DNA of 64,000 bases from Nannocystis bainbridge (GTDB taxonomy: Bacteria; Myxococcota_A; Polyangia; Nannocystales; Nannocystaceae): the NCBI RefSeq assembly GCF_028368995.1, contig NZ_JAQNDL010000002.1:1632001-1696000 (forward strand), written 5' to 3'. Position numbers and translations under genes: made by a program. The notes under the pieces are model-generated. The model was not told where the DNA came from. It made no database searches and worked only from the letters and a program-made list of their open reading frames with translations. Positions 44,662-55,087 of this stretch are shown piece by piece (the stretch's first letter is position 1; every line of letters begins with the position of its first letter).

Positions 44662-45831
44662 TCAGACGCTCGCGGGAGGCGGCGCGCACAGCCAGCGGAC
44701 GCCGTCGAGGAGCACCGCGCTGTCGACGATCGGGTCACCGACGTCGAACAGCGCGAACACGACCTCGATCGACTCGCCGGGGTTGAGCCCGACCTCGCCC
44801 TCGTACCACGCGGTCCCGGCGTGCCCCTCGAAGGCGAACCCACGCAGCGGAATGTCCGGACACTCGTCACCGCAGGCCATGGGCATCGGGTCGAGCTTGA
44901 TCTCGTACGGCAGGGTCTCGGCCGCGATCGGGTTGCCGTCGGGATCGAGGGCGATGTTGCCGGTGTAGCGCTCGCTCGCCACCCAGGCGATGAACATGTC
45001 GTTGTGCCCGCCCGGGAAGCGCGGCGGGTACTCCGAGGTCAAGAACGCGAAGTCGAACGCCAGACCGGTCGTGAACCACGGCGCCACCGCCGAGAAGCGC
45101 AGCTCCGTATAGTCGTAGGCCATCCGCGGATCGCCGCCGAGGGCCCACTGGGCCTCGACCGTCTCGCTGCAGTCGCCGGGGCCGGGCGGCTTCTCGTTGG
45201 CCTCGCACTCCACCGGCGTCGTCACGATCGGCGGCGGCAACTGCGGCAGGTCGTTCCCTGGCCAGTCGGTCGACGGGCACGTCTGCGTGACCGGACAGTT
45301 GCCCAGGCTCGGCATCTGCGGCAGCGTCAGCAGCAGATGCTCGGCGTCGCCGGTCGACAGCACCACGCGACGTGAGCCCTCGGTCGGCGCGAACACGTCC
45401 GTGGTCCCGAGCTGCTCCGAGACCACCCGACGCGAGCCATCCGGGCCCGTCCACGTCAACGCGCCCTCGGTCTGCAGCCCGCCCTCACAGTTGATGCCGA
45501 GCGCGCGGTCGATGTCCTCGCTGTCCGCGTCGCACGCCACCAACGCCGTCGAGCAGAACTCCCACGGCTCGGGCTCGCCGACGTCGAAGCCGAAGTCCGG
45601 CGGGGCCAGCGGGTCGGTCGTCAGCGCCTCGCCGCTGCTGGTCGAGTCCTCTTCCGGACCTGGCTCTTGGGTCATCTGATCGTTGGCGTCCGAGGACTTG
45701 GTGGCCTCGCTCGTCCCCGCATCGTCGCTGCCCGCGTCCTTGACGAAGACCGTCACGAGACAGCCGCTCTCGAGCAGGCATGCCGCGGCCACGATCAGCG
45801 CAGAGTGGGGGGAGCGCACTTTGGCGAGCAT
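44662..45831 (-). CDS. Choice-of-anchor-L-like domain exported protein (paralog of 3586-5280 C-terminus)
   Basis: FLTSEYP...HNDMFIA...LFDVGDPIVDSAVLLD matches the earlier gene's motifs. Confidence 0.78.
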   Translation of the reverse strand: MLAKVRSPHSALIVAAACLLESGCLVTVFVKDAGSDDAGTSEATKSSDANDQMTQEPGPEEDSTSSGEALTTDPLAPPDFGFDVGEPEPWEFCSTALVACDADSEDIDRALGINCEGGLQTEGALTWTGPDGSRRVVSEQLGTTDVFAPTEGSRRVVLSTGDAEHLLLTLPQMPSLGNCPVTQTCPSTDWPGNDLPQLPPPIVTTPVECEANEKPPGPGDCSETVEAQWALGGDPRMAYDYTELRFSAVAPWFTTGLAFDFAFLTSEYPPRFPGGHNDMFIAWVASERYTGNIALDPDGNPIAAETLPYEIKLDPMPMACGDECPDIPLRGFAFEGHAGTAWYEGEVGLNPGESIEVVFALFDVGDPIVDSAVLLDGVRWLCAPPPASV

Positions 45832-45919
45832 GCCACCGGAGTCAACTCACGGCACCTCGCCAGCGGCGGCCCGGCATGTGAGATCTGTGGCGAACGCGGA
45901 CGATTCCGCCCGCTCGCGC

Positions 45920-46708
45920 TCACGGTCGGTCCAGCGCCTCGCGCACCTGGGCCGCGTAGGGCCCGTTCGGGTAGCGGGTCAGGAAGCCCGCTGCGCGCCG
46001 TTCTGCCTCGTTCCGACGATTCAGCTCGAACAGAGCCAGCACCGCCACGCCCTCCCATTCCTGGGCGAACTGCCCGGCCTTGAACTCGGCCGCCCCCGCC
46101 TCGGCTCGGGACAGCGCCTCGGCCGGATCGCGCCCGAGGAACCCGCGGGCGGTCTGCAGGCCGCGAGCCTCGCGGAGGTAGTCGGCCGAGCCGACACCGC
46201 CGCGACCCGCCCCGCGCGCGGCCGACTTGCCGGCGCGCACCTTTTTGGCGTCGCCGCGGGCCGCCGTCGGGGCTGGCTTTTCGGACATGTCGTCGGCGGC
46301 CTCTTCGGGGGCCGGCGCTTCGACTGGCCTTTGGGACATGTCCTGAACGACAGCCTGGGGCGCGCGCGGAGCCGGCGCTCGATCTGTCTCGGGAGACATG
46401 TCCGGAGAGACAGCCGTACGCGCCGCCCCGACGCTGTCGAGGACCGGCACCGGCGCCGGCGCCTCGGGCCGCGACAGCCACAGCCCGCCGCCGATGAGCC
46501 CCCCGAGGATCAGCGCCCCGATCCCGAACGCGCTGGCGCCCCAGCCGGACGAGGCCGCGCTGGCGCCCTTGGCCAGCGAGGCTTCGAAGCGGGCCGCGCC
46601 GGCGCCGGCGTCGTAGGGCACGCGTTGGCGAGCGGCAGCGGCGAGGTCGCGGCGCAAGCCGGCGGAGGCCGACACGTCGTCGAGGAGGCGGGTGGGCTCT
46701 TGGGTCAT
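45920..46708 (-). CDS. Single-TM protein downstream of ECF sigma (probable anti-sigma) with C-terminal TPR-like helices
   Basis: ATGA overlap with sigma stop, one TM segment, C-terminal A..FL.RYP.GPYA. Confidence 0.7.
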   Translation of the reverse strand: MTQEPTRLLDDVSASAGLRRDLAAAARQRVPYDAGAGAARFEASLAKGASAASSGWGASAFGIGALILGGLIGGGLWLSRPEAPAPVPVLDSVGAARTAVSPDMSPETDRAPAPRAPQAVVQDMSQRPVEAPAPEEAADDMSEKPAPTAARGDAKKVRAGKSAARGAGRGGVGSADYLREARGLQTARGFLGRDPAEALSRAEAGAAEFKAGQFAQEWEGVAVLALFELNRRNEAERRAAGFLTRYPNGPYAAQVREALDRP

Positions 46709-47301
46709 GAAGTCACCGTTTGCGAGCGGGCGAGCGGTCGAGGCGGCCCGGCGACGAGGCGGGCGTGGGCCTCCATGAATTGCTTGCGGGCCTTGTGTAG
46801 CCGCGAATACACCGTTCCGATGGGGATCCCCAGGCCTGCGGCGATGGCCTCGCAGCTCTCGCCCTCGAGCTCGAAGAGGATGAACACGGCGCGCTTGCCC
46901 TCTTCCAGGGTGTCGAGCGCCTGCTGCACGCGGCGCAGGGCCTCGCTGGCCTCGGCCTGCTCGCCAGGAGAGCTGCCGGCCTGCGCCGACGCGGCGGCGA
47001 CGGCCTCGGTGTCGGCGTCTTCCCACGACCGTCGCAGCTTGCGACGGCTCGCCGACACCACCCGCAGCGTGATCTCGGCCAGCCACGTGGTCGGCCGCGC
47101 CGGGCCCGGCACGAAGCCTCCGCGGCGGTGAGCCACCAGGAAGACCTCCTGCACCACGTCGTCGACCTCGGGTCGACCGACCCCGAGGCGGATCGCGAAG
47201 TTGGCGACGAACTCCGCATGATCGCGGAACAGGCGCGCCGCATCGAGGACCTGAGGGCCGTCACGCTTGGCTGTATGTCGCGTGTCCGTCAAATCCTTCA
47301 C
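46705..47301 (-). CDS. ECF RNA polymerase sigma-70 factor
   Basis: VDDVVQEVFLVAHRR...TTWL, KRAVFILFELEG...IAAGLGIPIGTVYSRLHKARK. GTGA overlap upstream. Confidence 0.92.
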   Translation of the reverse strand: MKDLTDTRHTAKRDGPQVLDAARLFRDHAEFVANFAIRLGVGRPEVDDVVQEVFLVAHRRGGFVPGPARPTTWLAEITLRVVSASRRKLRRSWEDADTEAVAAASAQAGSSPGEQAEASEALRRVQQALDTLEEGKRAVFILFELEGESCEAIAAGLGIPIGTVYSRLHKARKQFMEAHARLVAGPPRPLARSQTVTS

Positions 47302-48299
47302 CGGATCGTGAACGCTATGCCCAGACTCACCATGGCGCCCACGGGCGGCACCGGCAGCGATTCCCCGACCATATCTTGTTTGCTCGGATCGCGCTCGGCG
47401 AGCACCGGCCGCACCACGGGCACCACGAGGTCGAACGCCAGGTCGAGCGCGAAGCGTTTGGTCGCCCAGACCCTCAGCTCGGGCGCCACCATCAACGCCA
47501 CATAGGGCGCCACCGCGGCCTGCACCCCGGGCGTCTTCGCGCCGCTCTGCAGGGCCCCGGCGGCTGGCCCGAAGCACAGGCGAGGCCGCACTCGCGGACG
47601 TGCAAGCGCGGCACAGACATCGATCCGGCCGCCGACGAGGCTCGGCCGCAGCTCCGTGTCCGCGTCGAGCGCGCGAACCCCTCCGTAGCCGCCGAACAGC
47701 CCCGCGCGCAGGTCCACCCACCTGCGCCATCCGAGCTCGAGCTGGGCCCCGCCGCCACCCGCCAGTCCCGGCAGCACCCCGATCCACACGCCGCCGCGCA
47801 CCGCCGCGACCACCGACACCGAAGCGCGGCGCGGCGGCGTCTCGCTCGCGTCACCTCGTCGCGCGCGTCGCTGCAGCGGCGGCCGCTCCGGCTCTTGCGC
47901 CTGCGGCACGCTCCCCTCGCCTGCCTCGATCACCTCGTAGCCGAGCCCCTCGAGCACCGCCGCGTCGACCGCGATGGCGATCGCCAACCCGACCAGCGCA
48001 TGCAGGTCGCTGCACGTCGGTCGCGGCGGATCCAGCGTGCGCTCCACGAGTTCGCCGCGGATCTCGAGCGCGATGGCTACCGAGTGCGGCCGCGTCGGAT
48101 CGCCGCGGACATCGATGCGAGCGACCGACGCGTCGATCGTGTCGCGTCCGAGCCACGTCGTCGCCGCGTCCGCGAGCGCCTCGCTCGTCAGGCACGTCGC
48201 GCCCGGTTCGACGCGCAGCGCCTCCCGCAGCGGCCGCGGGGGCGGAGGCGCCGACGCCGGCGTGAGCAGCACGCCGGCGGTGAACAGAGCGACGAGCAC
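47298..48299 (-). CDS. Hypothetical exported protein with C-terminal beta-strand-rich region
   Basis: Signal-like N-terminus, Cys pair, alternating hydrophobic strands, translationally coupled to the sigma gene. Confidence 0.65.
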   Translation of the reverse strand: MLVALFTAGVLLTPASAPPPPRPLREALRVEPGATCLTSEALADAATTWLGRDTIDASVARIDVRGDPTRPHSVAIALEIRGELVERTLDPPRPTCSDLHALVGLAIAIAVDAAVLEGLGYEVIEAGEGSVPQAQEPERPPLQRRARRGDASETPPRRASVSVVAAVRGGVWIGVLPGLAGGGGAQLELGWRRWVDLRAGLFGGYGGVRALDADTELRPSLVGGRIDVCAALARPRVRPRLCFGPAAGALQSGAKTPGVQAAVAPYVALMVAPELRVWATKRFALDLAFDLVVPVVRPVLAERDPSKQDMVGESLPVPPVGAMVSLGIAFTIR

Positions 48300-48363
48300 C
48301 GCGCCCAGGATGCGTCGCCTGGCCCGCGCCTGGCCAGTCGCATCTCGTGGTAAGGTCGCGGCG

Positions 48364-49053
48364 ATGCAGCAAAAACGCGTCGGAGTCGTCCTGACCGGCT
48401 GCGGCTACCTCGACGGGGCCGAGATCACCGAGGCCGTCCTCACCCTCTACTTCCTCGAGCGCGCCGGTCTGGAGCCTCGCTGCTTCGCCCCCGATCGTCC
48501 GCAGATGCACGTCGTCGATCACCTCACCGGCCAGCCCACCGGCGAGACCCGCAACGTCCTCGTCGAAGCGGCGCGGATCGCCCGCGGCAAGGTCGAGCCG
48601 CTCGATCGCGCGCGCATGGACGAGCTCGACGCCCTCGTGCTGCCGGGCGGCTTCGGCGTCGCCAAGAACCTCAGCGACTTCGCCTCCCGCGGCCCCGAGG
48701 CCGACATCGAGCCCGAGCTCGTGCGCCTGGTCGGCGAGGCCCTCTCGCGCGCCAAGCCGCTGGTCGCCATCTGCATCAGCCCTGCGATCCTCGCCGCCGC
48801 CCTGCACAAGCTCGGCATCGGCGGCGCCCGCCTCACCATCGGCGACGACGCCGGCACCGCGGCGGCCATCACCGCGCTCGGCGGCCGTCACGAGGCCTGC
48901 CCCGTCGAGCGCGCGGTCGTCGACGAGCGCCACCGCATCGTCTCCACGCCGGCCTACATGCTCGGCCCCGGCCCGCGCGACGTCGGCGCCGGCATCGAAC
49001 AGGCGATTGCGACCCTCGCCGGCTGGCTGCGCGGCGCGACCGGCCCCGTGTAA
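48364..49053 (+). CDS. elbB: ElbB / ES1-like glyoxalase (DJ-1/PfpI superfamily)
   Basis: VLTGCGYLDGAEITE, RNVLVEAARIARG, PGGFGVAKNLSDFA, CISP, STPAYM. Confidence 0.92.
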   Translation: MQQKRVGVVLTGCGYLDGAEITEAVLTLYFLERAGLEPRCFAPDRPQMHVVDHLTGQPTGETRNVLVEAARIARGKVEPLDRARMDELDALVLPGGFGVAKNLSDFASRGPEADIEPELVRLVGEALSRAKPLVAICISPAILAAALHKLGIGGARLTIGDDAGTAAAITALGGRHEACPVERAVVDERHRIVSTPAYMLGPGPRDVGAGIEQAIATLAGWLRGATGPV

Positions 49054-49089
49054 CACTCGCAGCGCCGCACCGTTGCCGAGGAGTTCTCG

Positions 49090-50013
49090 ATGTCGCCGCG
49101 CTCCCTTCGTGCTCTCGCTCTCCTCGTCGCCCTCGCCGCAGCGTGTGGCGGCGAACCGGTCAAGCTGGCGCCCCGGGCCGAAAAACTCGAAGTCCGACCG
49201 CCGCCGCCGGCCCCGACCACCGTGCACCTCGCCATCGACGGCGCGAGCGGACAGCTGGGCTTCGCCATGGAGGCCCCCATCGAGAAGATCCGCGGCAAGG
49301 TCCCGGCATCGGCCCTGAGCGGCGAGGTGTGGCTCGACCCGACCGACCTCGCCAAATCACGCGGCCTCGTGCGCGTCGATCTCCGTCAACTCGAGCTGTA
49401 CCAGCGCACCGTCCCCGAGGGCGGCAAGGAGTTCGGCGAGGAGATCAAGAGCGACACGCAGAACGAGCACGCCCGGCACTGGCTCGAGATTTCGCCCGAC
49501 ACGCCCGCCGACGAGCTGGCCAAGAACAGCGTCGTCGAGTTTGCGCTGGCCCGGATCAGCGACGCCTCCGCGACCGACCTGTCCAAAGTGACAGGTTCCG
49601 AACGCACCGTCACCTTCACGGCCAGCGGCGAATTCCTGCTGCATCAGCGCAAGGCCGAGAAGTCGGTCAAGCTCGAGGCCGTGTTCCGCTACGACGGCGA
49701 CGCGCTGCGCGAGGTCCACGTCAAGAGCGTCGAGCCGCTGACGATCGGCCTCGACGAGTACGATGTCCGCCCGCGCACCGGCTTCAGCCAGCTCGCCGCC
49801 AAGACCCTCGAGCAGCTCGCGCCCAAGGTCGCCAAGGAGGCCCAGGTCTCGCTCGAGTTCGTCGCCAAACCCGACGGCAAGACCGCGAGCCCCGCCGGCC
49901 CCTCGACCCCCGGTCCCGCCGATGCACCCCCGTCCGGCGCCGCGGCCCCGACCGCGCCCGCAACTGCCTCCTCCCCCGGTGCCGCGCCCACCCCCGCGCC
50001 GGCGAACCAGTGA
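49090..50013 (+). CDS. YceI-like lipoprotein
   Basis: Lipobox AAAC, APIEKIRG...DPTDL...GEFLLHQ...IGLDEYDV beta-barrel pattern. Confidence 0.6.
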   Translation: MSPRSLRALALLVALAAACGGEPVKLAPRAEKLEVRPPPPAPTTVHLAIDGASGQLGFAMEAPIEKIRGKVPASALSGEVWLDPTDLAKSRGLVRVDLRQLELYQRTVPEGGKEFGEEIKSDTQNEHARHWLEISPDTPADELAKNSVVEFALARISDASATDLSKVTGSERTVTFTASGEFLLHQRKAEKSVKLEAVFRYDGDALREVHVKSVEPLTIGLDEYDVRPRTGFSQLAAKTLEQLAPKVAKEAQVSLEFVAKPDGKTASPAGPSTPGPADAPPSGAAAPTAPATASSPGAAPTPAPANQ

Positions 50014-50078
50014 CTCGACGCGCGCCGCGATCCGACGCGCGTCCATCCCCGTAACGAACGCACAGGAGCATCTCAGTC

Positions 50079-50480
50079 ATGGATATTCGCACCATCTCCG
50101 CCACCCTCGCCCTACTCGGCTCCGGCCTCACCCTCGGCGGCTGCAACAAGACCCAAACCGACGCCACCGAGGTCCCCGGCAGCACCGCCGCCGAGGGCGA
50201 GAAGACGGGCGCGGAGACCGAGAAGAGCTGCGGCAGCGAGAAGGGCTGCGGCGGCGAGAAGGGCTGCAGCGGCGTGAAGGGCGACACTAGCTGCGCCGCC
50301 TCGAAGCCGACCGAGACCGCGGCCACCGAGCCCGCGACCGACCCGGCGACCACCGCCACCGCGGCCGCCCCGAGCACCGCCGCCGCCGAGCCCGCGGCCA
50401 CCAAGTCGGAGAAGAAGAAGAAGCCCGGCGCCAAGAAGGCCAAGGGCGAGGCCGCCTGCGGCGAGGGCACCTGCGGCTGA
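50079..50480 (+). CDS. Small Cys-repeat lipoprotein; candidate MNIO-modified RiPP precursor
   Basis: CAGGAG RBS, lipobox LGGC, EKSCGS-EKGCGG-EKGCSG, C-terminal ACGEGTCG, directly upstream of the DUF692 gene. Confidence 0.8.
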   Translation: MDIRTISATLALLGSGLTLGGCNKTQTDATEVPGSTAAEGEKTGAETEKSCGSEKGCGGEKGCSGVKGDTSCAASKPTETAATEPATDPATTATAAAPSTAAAEPAATKSEKKKKPGAKKAKGEAACGEGTCG

Positions 50481-50495
50481 TCGCCGACCGCGCCG

Positions 50496-50655
50496 CCTGT
50501 CCCTTCGACCAGCCCGGGCCCGCGCCGGGCTGTCGGCTTTCGCGCGCTGGCAACCTGTCCCTTCGACCAGGCCGGCCCGAGCCCGCAAGTCGGACCCCCC
50601 AAAGCCGGGTGCTCTGCTCGACGCAGCCCCCACGTCGACCTGTCCCTTCGACCAG
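50496..50655 (+). repeat. Three identical 17-bp direct repeats (each one 14-bp motif unit)
   Basis: CCTGTCCCTTCGACCAG at 50496, 50554, 50639. Confidence 0.92.
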
Positions 50656-50664
50656 ACTCGTTGA

Positions 50665-52542
<1,878 letters not shown>

Positions 52543-52632
52543 CTCGCCCCGAGCGAGCAGCATGCCGTCGCAACTTCGGCAGCCGGTGCCGACACCGAGG
52601 TTGCCGCGGTCGCAATCTCGGCCGCGCGCCCG

Positions 52633-53541
52633 TTACCAGTGCAGCCCGAGCTGCAGCGCGCCTTGCAGCGCGTGACCGACTTCCCAACGCGACGGCGTGA
52701 TCCCGTCCTTCGGCATGTGCAGCGCGATCATCCGGTACACCGTCGTGAAGCCGATCGTCACCTGCTGCGACACCCACGCGTCGAAGCCGAGGCCCGCGCG
52801 GATCTGGGCCCCGTGGAGCACATCGCCGAGCGGCATCTTGGCCCGCGCGTAGCCGACGCCGAACTCCATCAGCGGCTGGAACCGCTTCTTCATGAAGTAC
52901 ACGCGGACGAACACCGGGTCCCAGAAGAACATCCCGCCGTTCTTGATGGTCTTGTCGGTCGTGCCGGGCAGCGTCGTGCGCACGCTCGTGTGCGTCTGCC
53001 CCGACATGCCCATGCCCACGCCGAGGCGGTTGTTGATGCGGACGCCGAAGTCGAACCCGCCGCCGATGGTGAGCAGCGTCGGGCGGGCCGGCTTGTCGCC
53101 GCCGATGGGTCCGGAGATCAGCAATCGCGGGGCGATCCAGTAGCGGCCGCGCCACGAGTCGCGCTTGATCTTCGCCGGGTCGGCCGGGGTCGGCGGCGCT
53201 GGCAGCGGCTCGACCTGGCGGCCGCCCCAGTCGAACGACGGCGCAGCGTCCGCTGTCGGCGGGGCGCCGGCAGGAGCGCCGGGCGTCGGCGGGGCGGTCA
53301 CCGGCGGGGCCACCGGCGGCGGTGCGCTCGACGGCGGCGGCACCGACACGCCGGCCTCCGGTGTCGCGCTCGGCGTGGCCACGGTCTCGCTCGCCGGCGG
53401 GGGCGCGGGCACCGGCGCCGTCTCGGTGGCAGGCGTCGTCGCAGGCGCCGTCGCCGGTGCGGGCTCCTGCGCCTGCGCTGGCGTGGTGGCGAGCACGCCG
53501 GTGAGACAGATCAGGACTGCACGGATGTGAGCGAGCGTCAT
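52633..53541 (-). CDS. Hypothetical outer-membrane beta-barrel protein with Pro-rich N-terminal linker
   Basis: Signal peptide AQA, amphipathic strands, terminal aromatic (LQLGLHW). Confidence 0.7.
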   Translation of the reverse strand: MTLAHIRAVLICLTGVLATTPAQAQEPAPATAPATTPATETAPVPAPPPASETVATPSATPEAGVSVPPPSSAPPPVAPPVTAPPTPGAPAGAPPTADAAPSFDWGGRQVEPLPAPPTPADPAKIKRDSWRGRYWIAPRLLISGPIGGDKPARPTLLTIGGGFDFGVRINNRLGVGMGMSGQTHTSVRTTLPGTTDKTIKNGGMFFWDPVFVRVYFMKKRFQPLMEFGVGYARAKMPLGDVLHGAQIRAGLGFDAWVSQQVTIGFTTVYRMIALHMPKDGITPSRWEVGHALQGALQLGLHW

Positions 53542-54407
53542 TGCCGGTGCCCTCGCGCTAACTTCGGAAGATCTACACCACGCGGGACCTCGGCGGCACT
53601 CGGCGGCTTTCCGGACAGCGCCGACGAAAGCGCACGCTCCGCCTCCGCGCGCAGCTCCGGATCGTCCTCGTTGGCGGCCGCGAACCGCAAGAAACCGACC
53701 GCATCGGCCCCGCCCAGGCGGGCGAGCGCGCGGTAAGCCTCGCGCGTCGCCTCGGGATCCAGGCGATGCGCCTCGCGCACGATCGCCGCTGCGTGGTCCC
53801 GTGTCCCCACCATGCCGAGCACATCGAGCGCCGCCACGCGCACCCGCGCGTCCTCGCTGCGCAACAGCGGCAGCAACTGACCCGCGTGCTCCCTCGCTTC
53901 GCGGTCGCCCACGTAGCGCAGCGCCACCAGTAGCTGCGACGGCTCACCCGACGCCAGCAGAACCTCGAGCCCGCTCGCGTCCCCGCGCGCCAGGCGACAC
54001 TGCGCTTCGAGCCCGGTGATCGCCCGTCGCGCCGCGTCCACCAGCGCCGTCATCGACGGACGGAACGCGTCCTTGCCGGCCGACGCCGAAGTCGTGATCG
54101 CCGACACCGCGAACTTGGACCGCAGGTCCGCGGGCACCGCCATGCCCACGTGGAGGACCCACGGCGCCTCCGGGGCCTCGCGCGTCAGCGACGCCTCGCC
54201 GTGGACCGTCGAACCGGTGGCGTCGTCGGGCGCGAAGATCGCGCTGTCGCGCAACGCTGCCTGCAACGCCTCCGACACCGCCCCCTCGAGGTCCACGGCC
54301 TCGCTGGGCAGCGCCAGGCTGAGCCGTACCGGATAGCGACCGCCGTCCGAATCACCGCACGCTGCGGCGAGCAGGACGAGAGCGAGCGCCGCGCGGAGTC
54401 GGATCAT
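53538..54407 (-). CDS. HEAT-repeat lipoprotein
   Basis: Lipobox LAAAC, LLRSEDARVRVAALDVLG, 4-bp overlaps with neighbours. Confidence 0.72.
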   Translation of the reverse strand: MIRLRAALALVLLAAACGDSDGGRYPVRLSLALPSEAVDLEGAVSEALQAALRDSAIFAPDDATGSTVHGEASLTREAPEAPWVLHVGMAVPADLRSKFAVSAITTSASAGKDAFRPSMTALVDAARRAITGLEAQCRLARGDASGLEVLLASGEPSQLLVALRYVGDREAREHAGQLLPLLRSEDARVRVAALDVLGMVGTRDHAAAIVREAHRLDPEATREAYRALARLGGADAVGFLRFAAANEDDPELRAEAERALSSALSGKPPSAAEVPRGVDLPKLARGHRQ

Positions 54408-55087
54408 CGTCGATCGCTACCATACCCCTCCGGGTCCTCCCAGACCAGCGGCAGGCCCAACTGCGCCGCGTAGACGGCCGCGAACCGCCGCCCGGCCGTC
54501 TCGACGCTCGTCGCTCGCCCCCCGACCGCCGCCGCGCTGGTCACGGTCACGCCCTGCAGCCCGCAGGACACCAGCGCGCCGAACAAGCCCGGGTCGACCG
54601 CCAGGTTGATCGAGATCCCCTGAACCGCCACGCCGCGGCTCACGTGGATCCCGATCGACGCCAGCTTCTCGGAACCGCGCCACACGCCCGGCTGCTCCAT
54701 GCGGAACTCGCAGCCGTCGACCCCGAGCTCGGCGAGTACGGCGATCGCCACGTCGCCGAGGCGCACGATGTGCTCGCGGATCCGTCGACCCACCATGACG
54801 ATCGGATAGGCCACCAGTTGGCCCGGCCCGTGGAGCGTCACCTCGCCGCCGCGCGGCGCCTCGCAGACCGTCACGCCTGCGGCCGCGCGCTGCTCCTCCG
54901 ACCACAGGATGTCCTCCATCCGGCCGCGGCGGCCCAGCGTCAACACCGGCGGGTGCTCGACCAGGAACAGCACCCCCGGCTCGCCCGCGAGCACCCGCTC
55001 GCGCGCAGCAAGCTGCAGCGCGAGCGCCTCCTCGAAGCCCATGCGGCCGAGCCACACGGCGCGCAGTGATTCAGGTGTCGAGTCCAC
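54404..55087 (-). CDS. lipB: Octanoyltransferase
   Basis: EHPPVLTLGR, RGGEVTLHGPGQLVAYPI, KLASIG, SCGL. Confidence 0.92.
   Translation of the reverse strand: MDSTPESLRAVWLGRMGFEEALALQLAARERVLAGEPGVLFLVEHPPVLTLGRRGRMEDILWSEEQRAAAGVTVCEAPRGGEVTLHGPGQLVAYPIVMVGRRIREHIVRLGDVAIAVLAELGVDGCEFRMEQPGVWRGSEKLASIGIHVSRGVAVQGISINLAVDPGLFGALVSCGLQGVTVTSAAAVGGRATSVETAGRRFAAVYAAQLGLPLVWEDPEGYGSDRR

Noticed and set aside
50496-50655. Mini-CRISPR from three 17-bp repeats
   Set aside because: Repeat too short, spacers 41 and 68 bp, and the repeat is a unit of the window-wide 14-bp motif.
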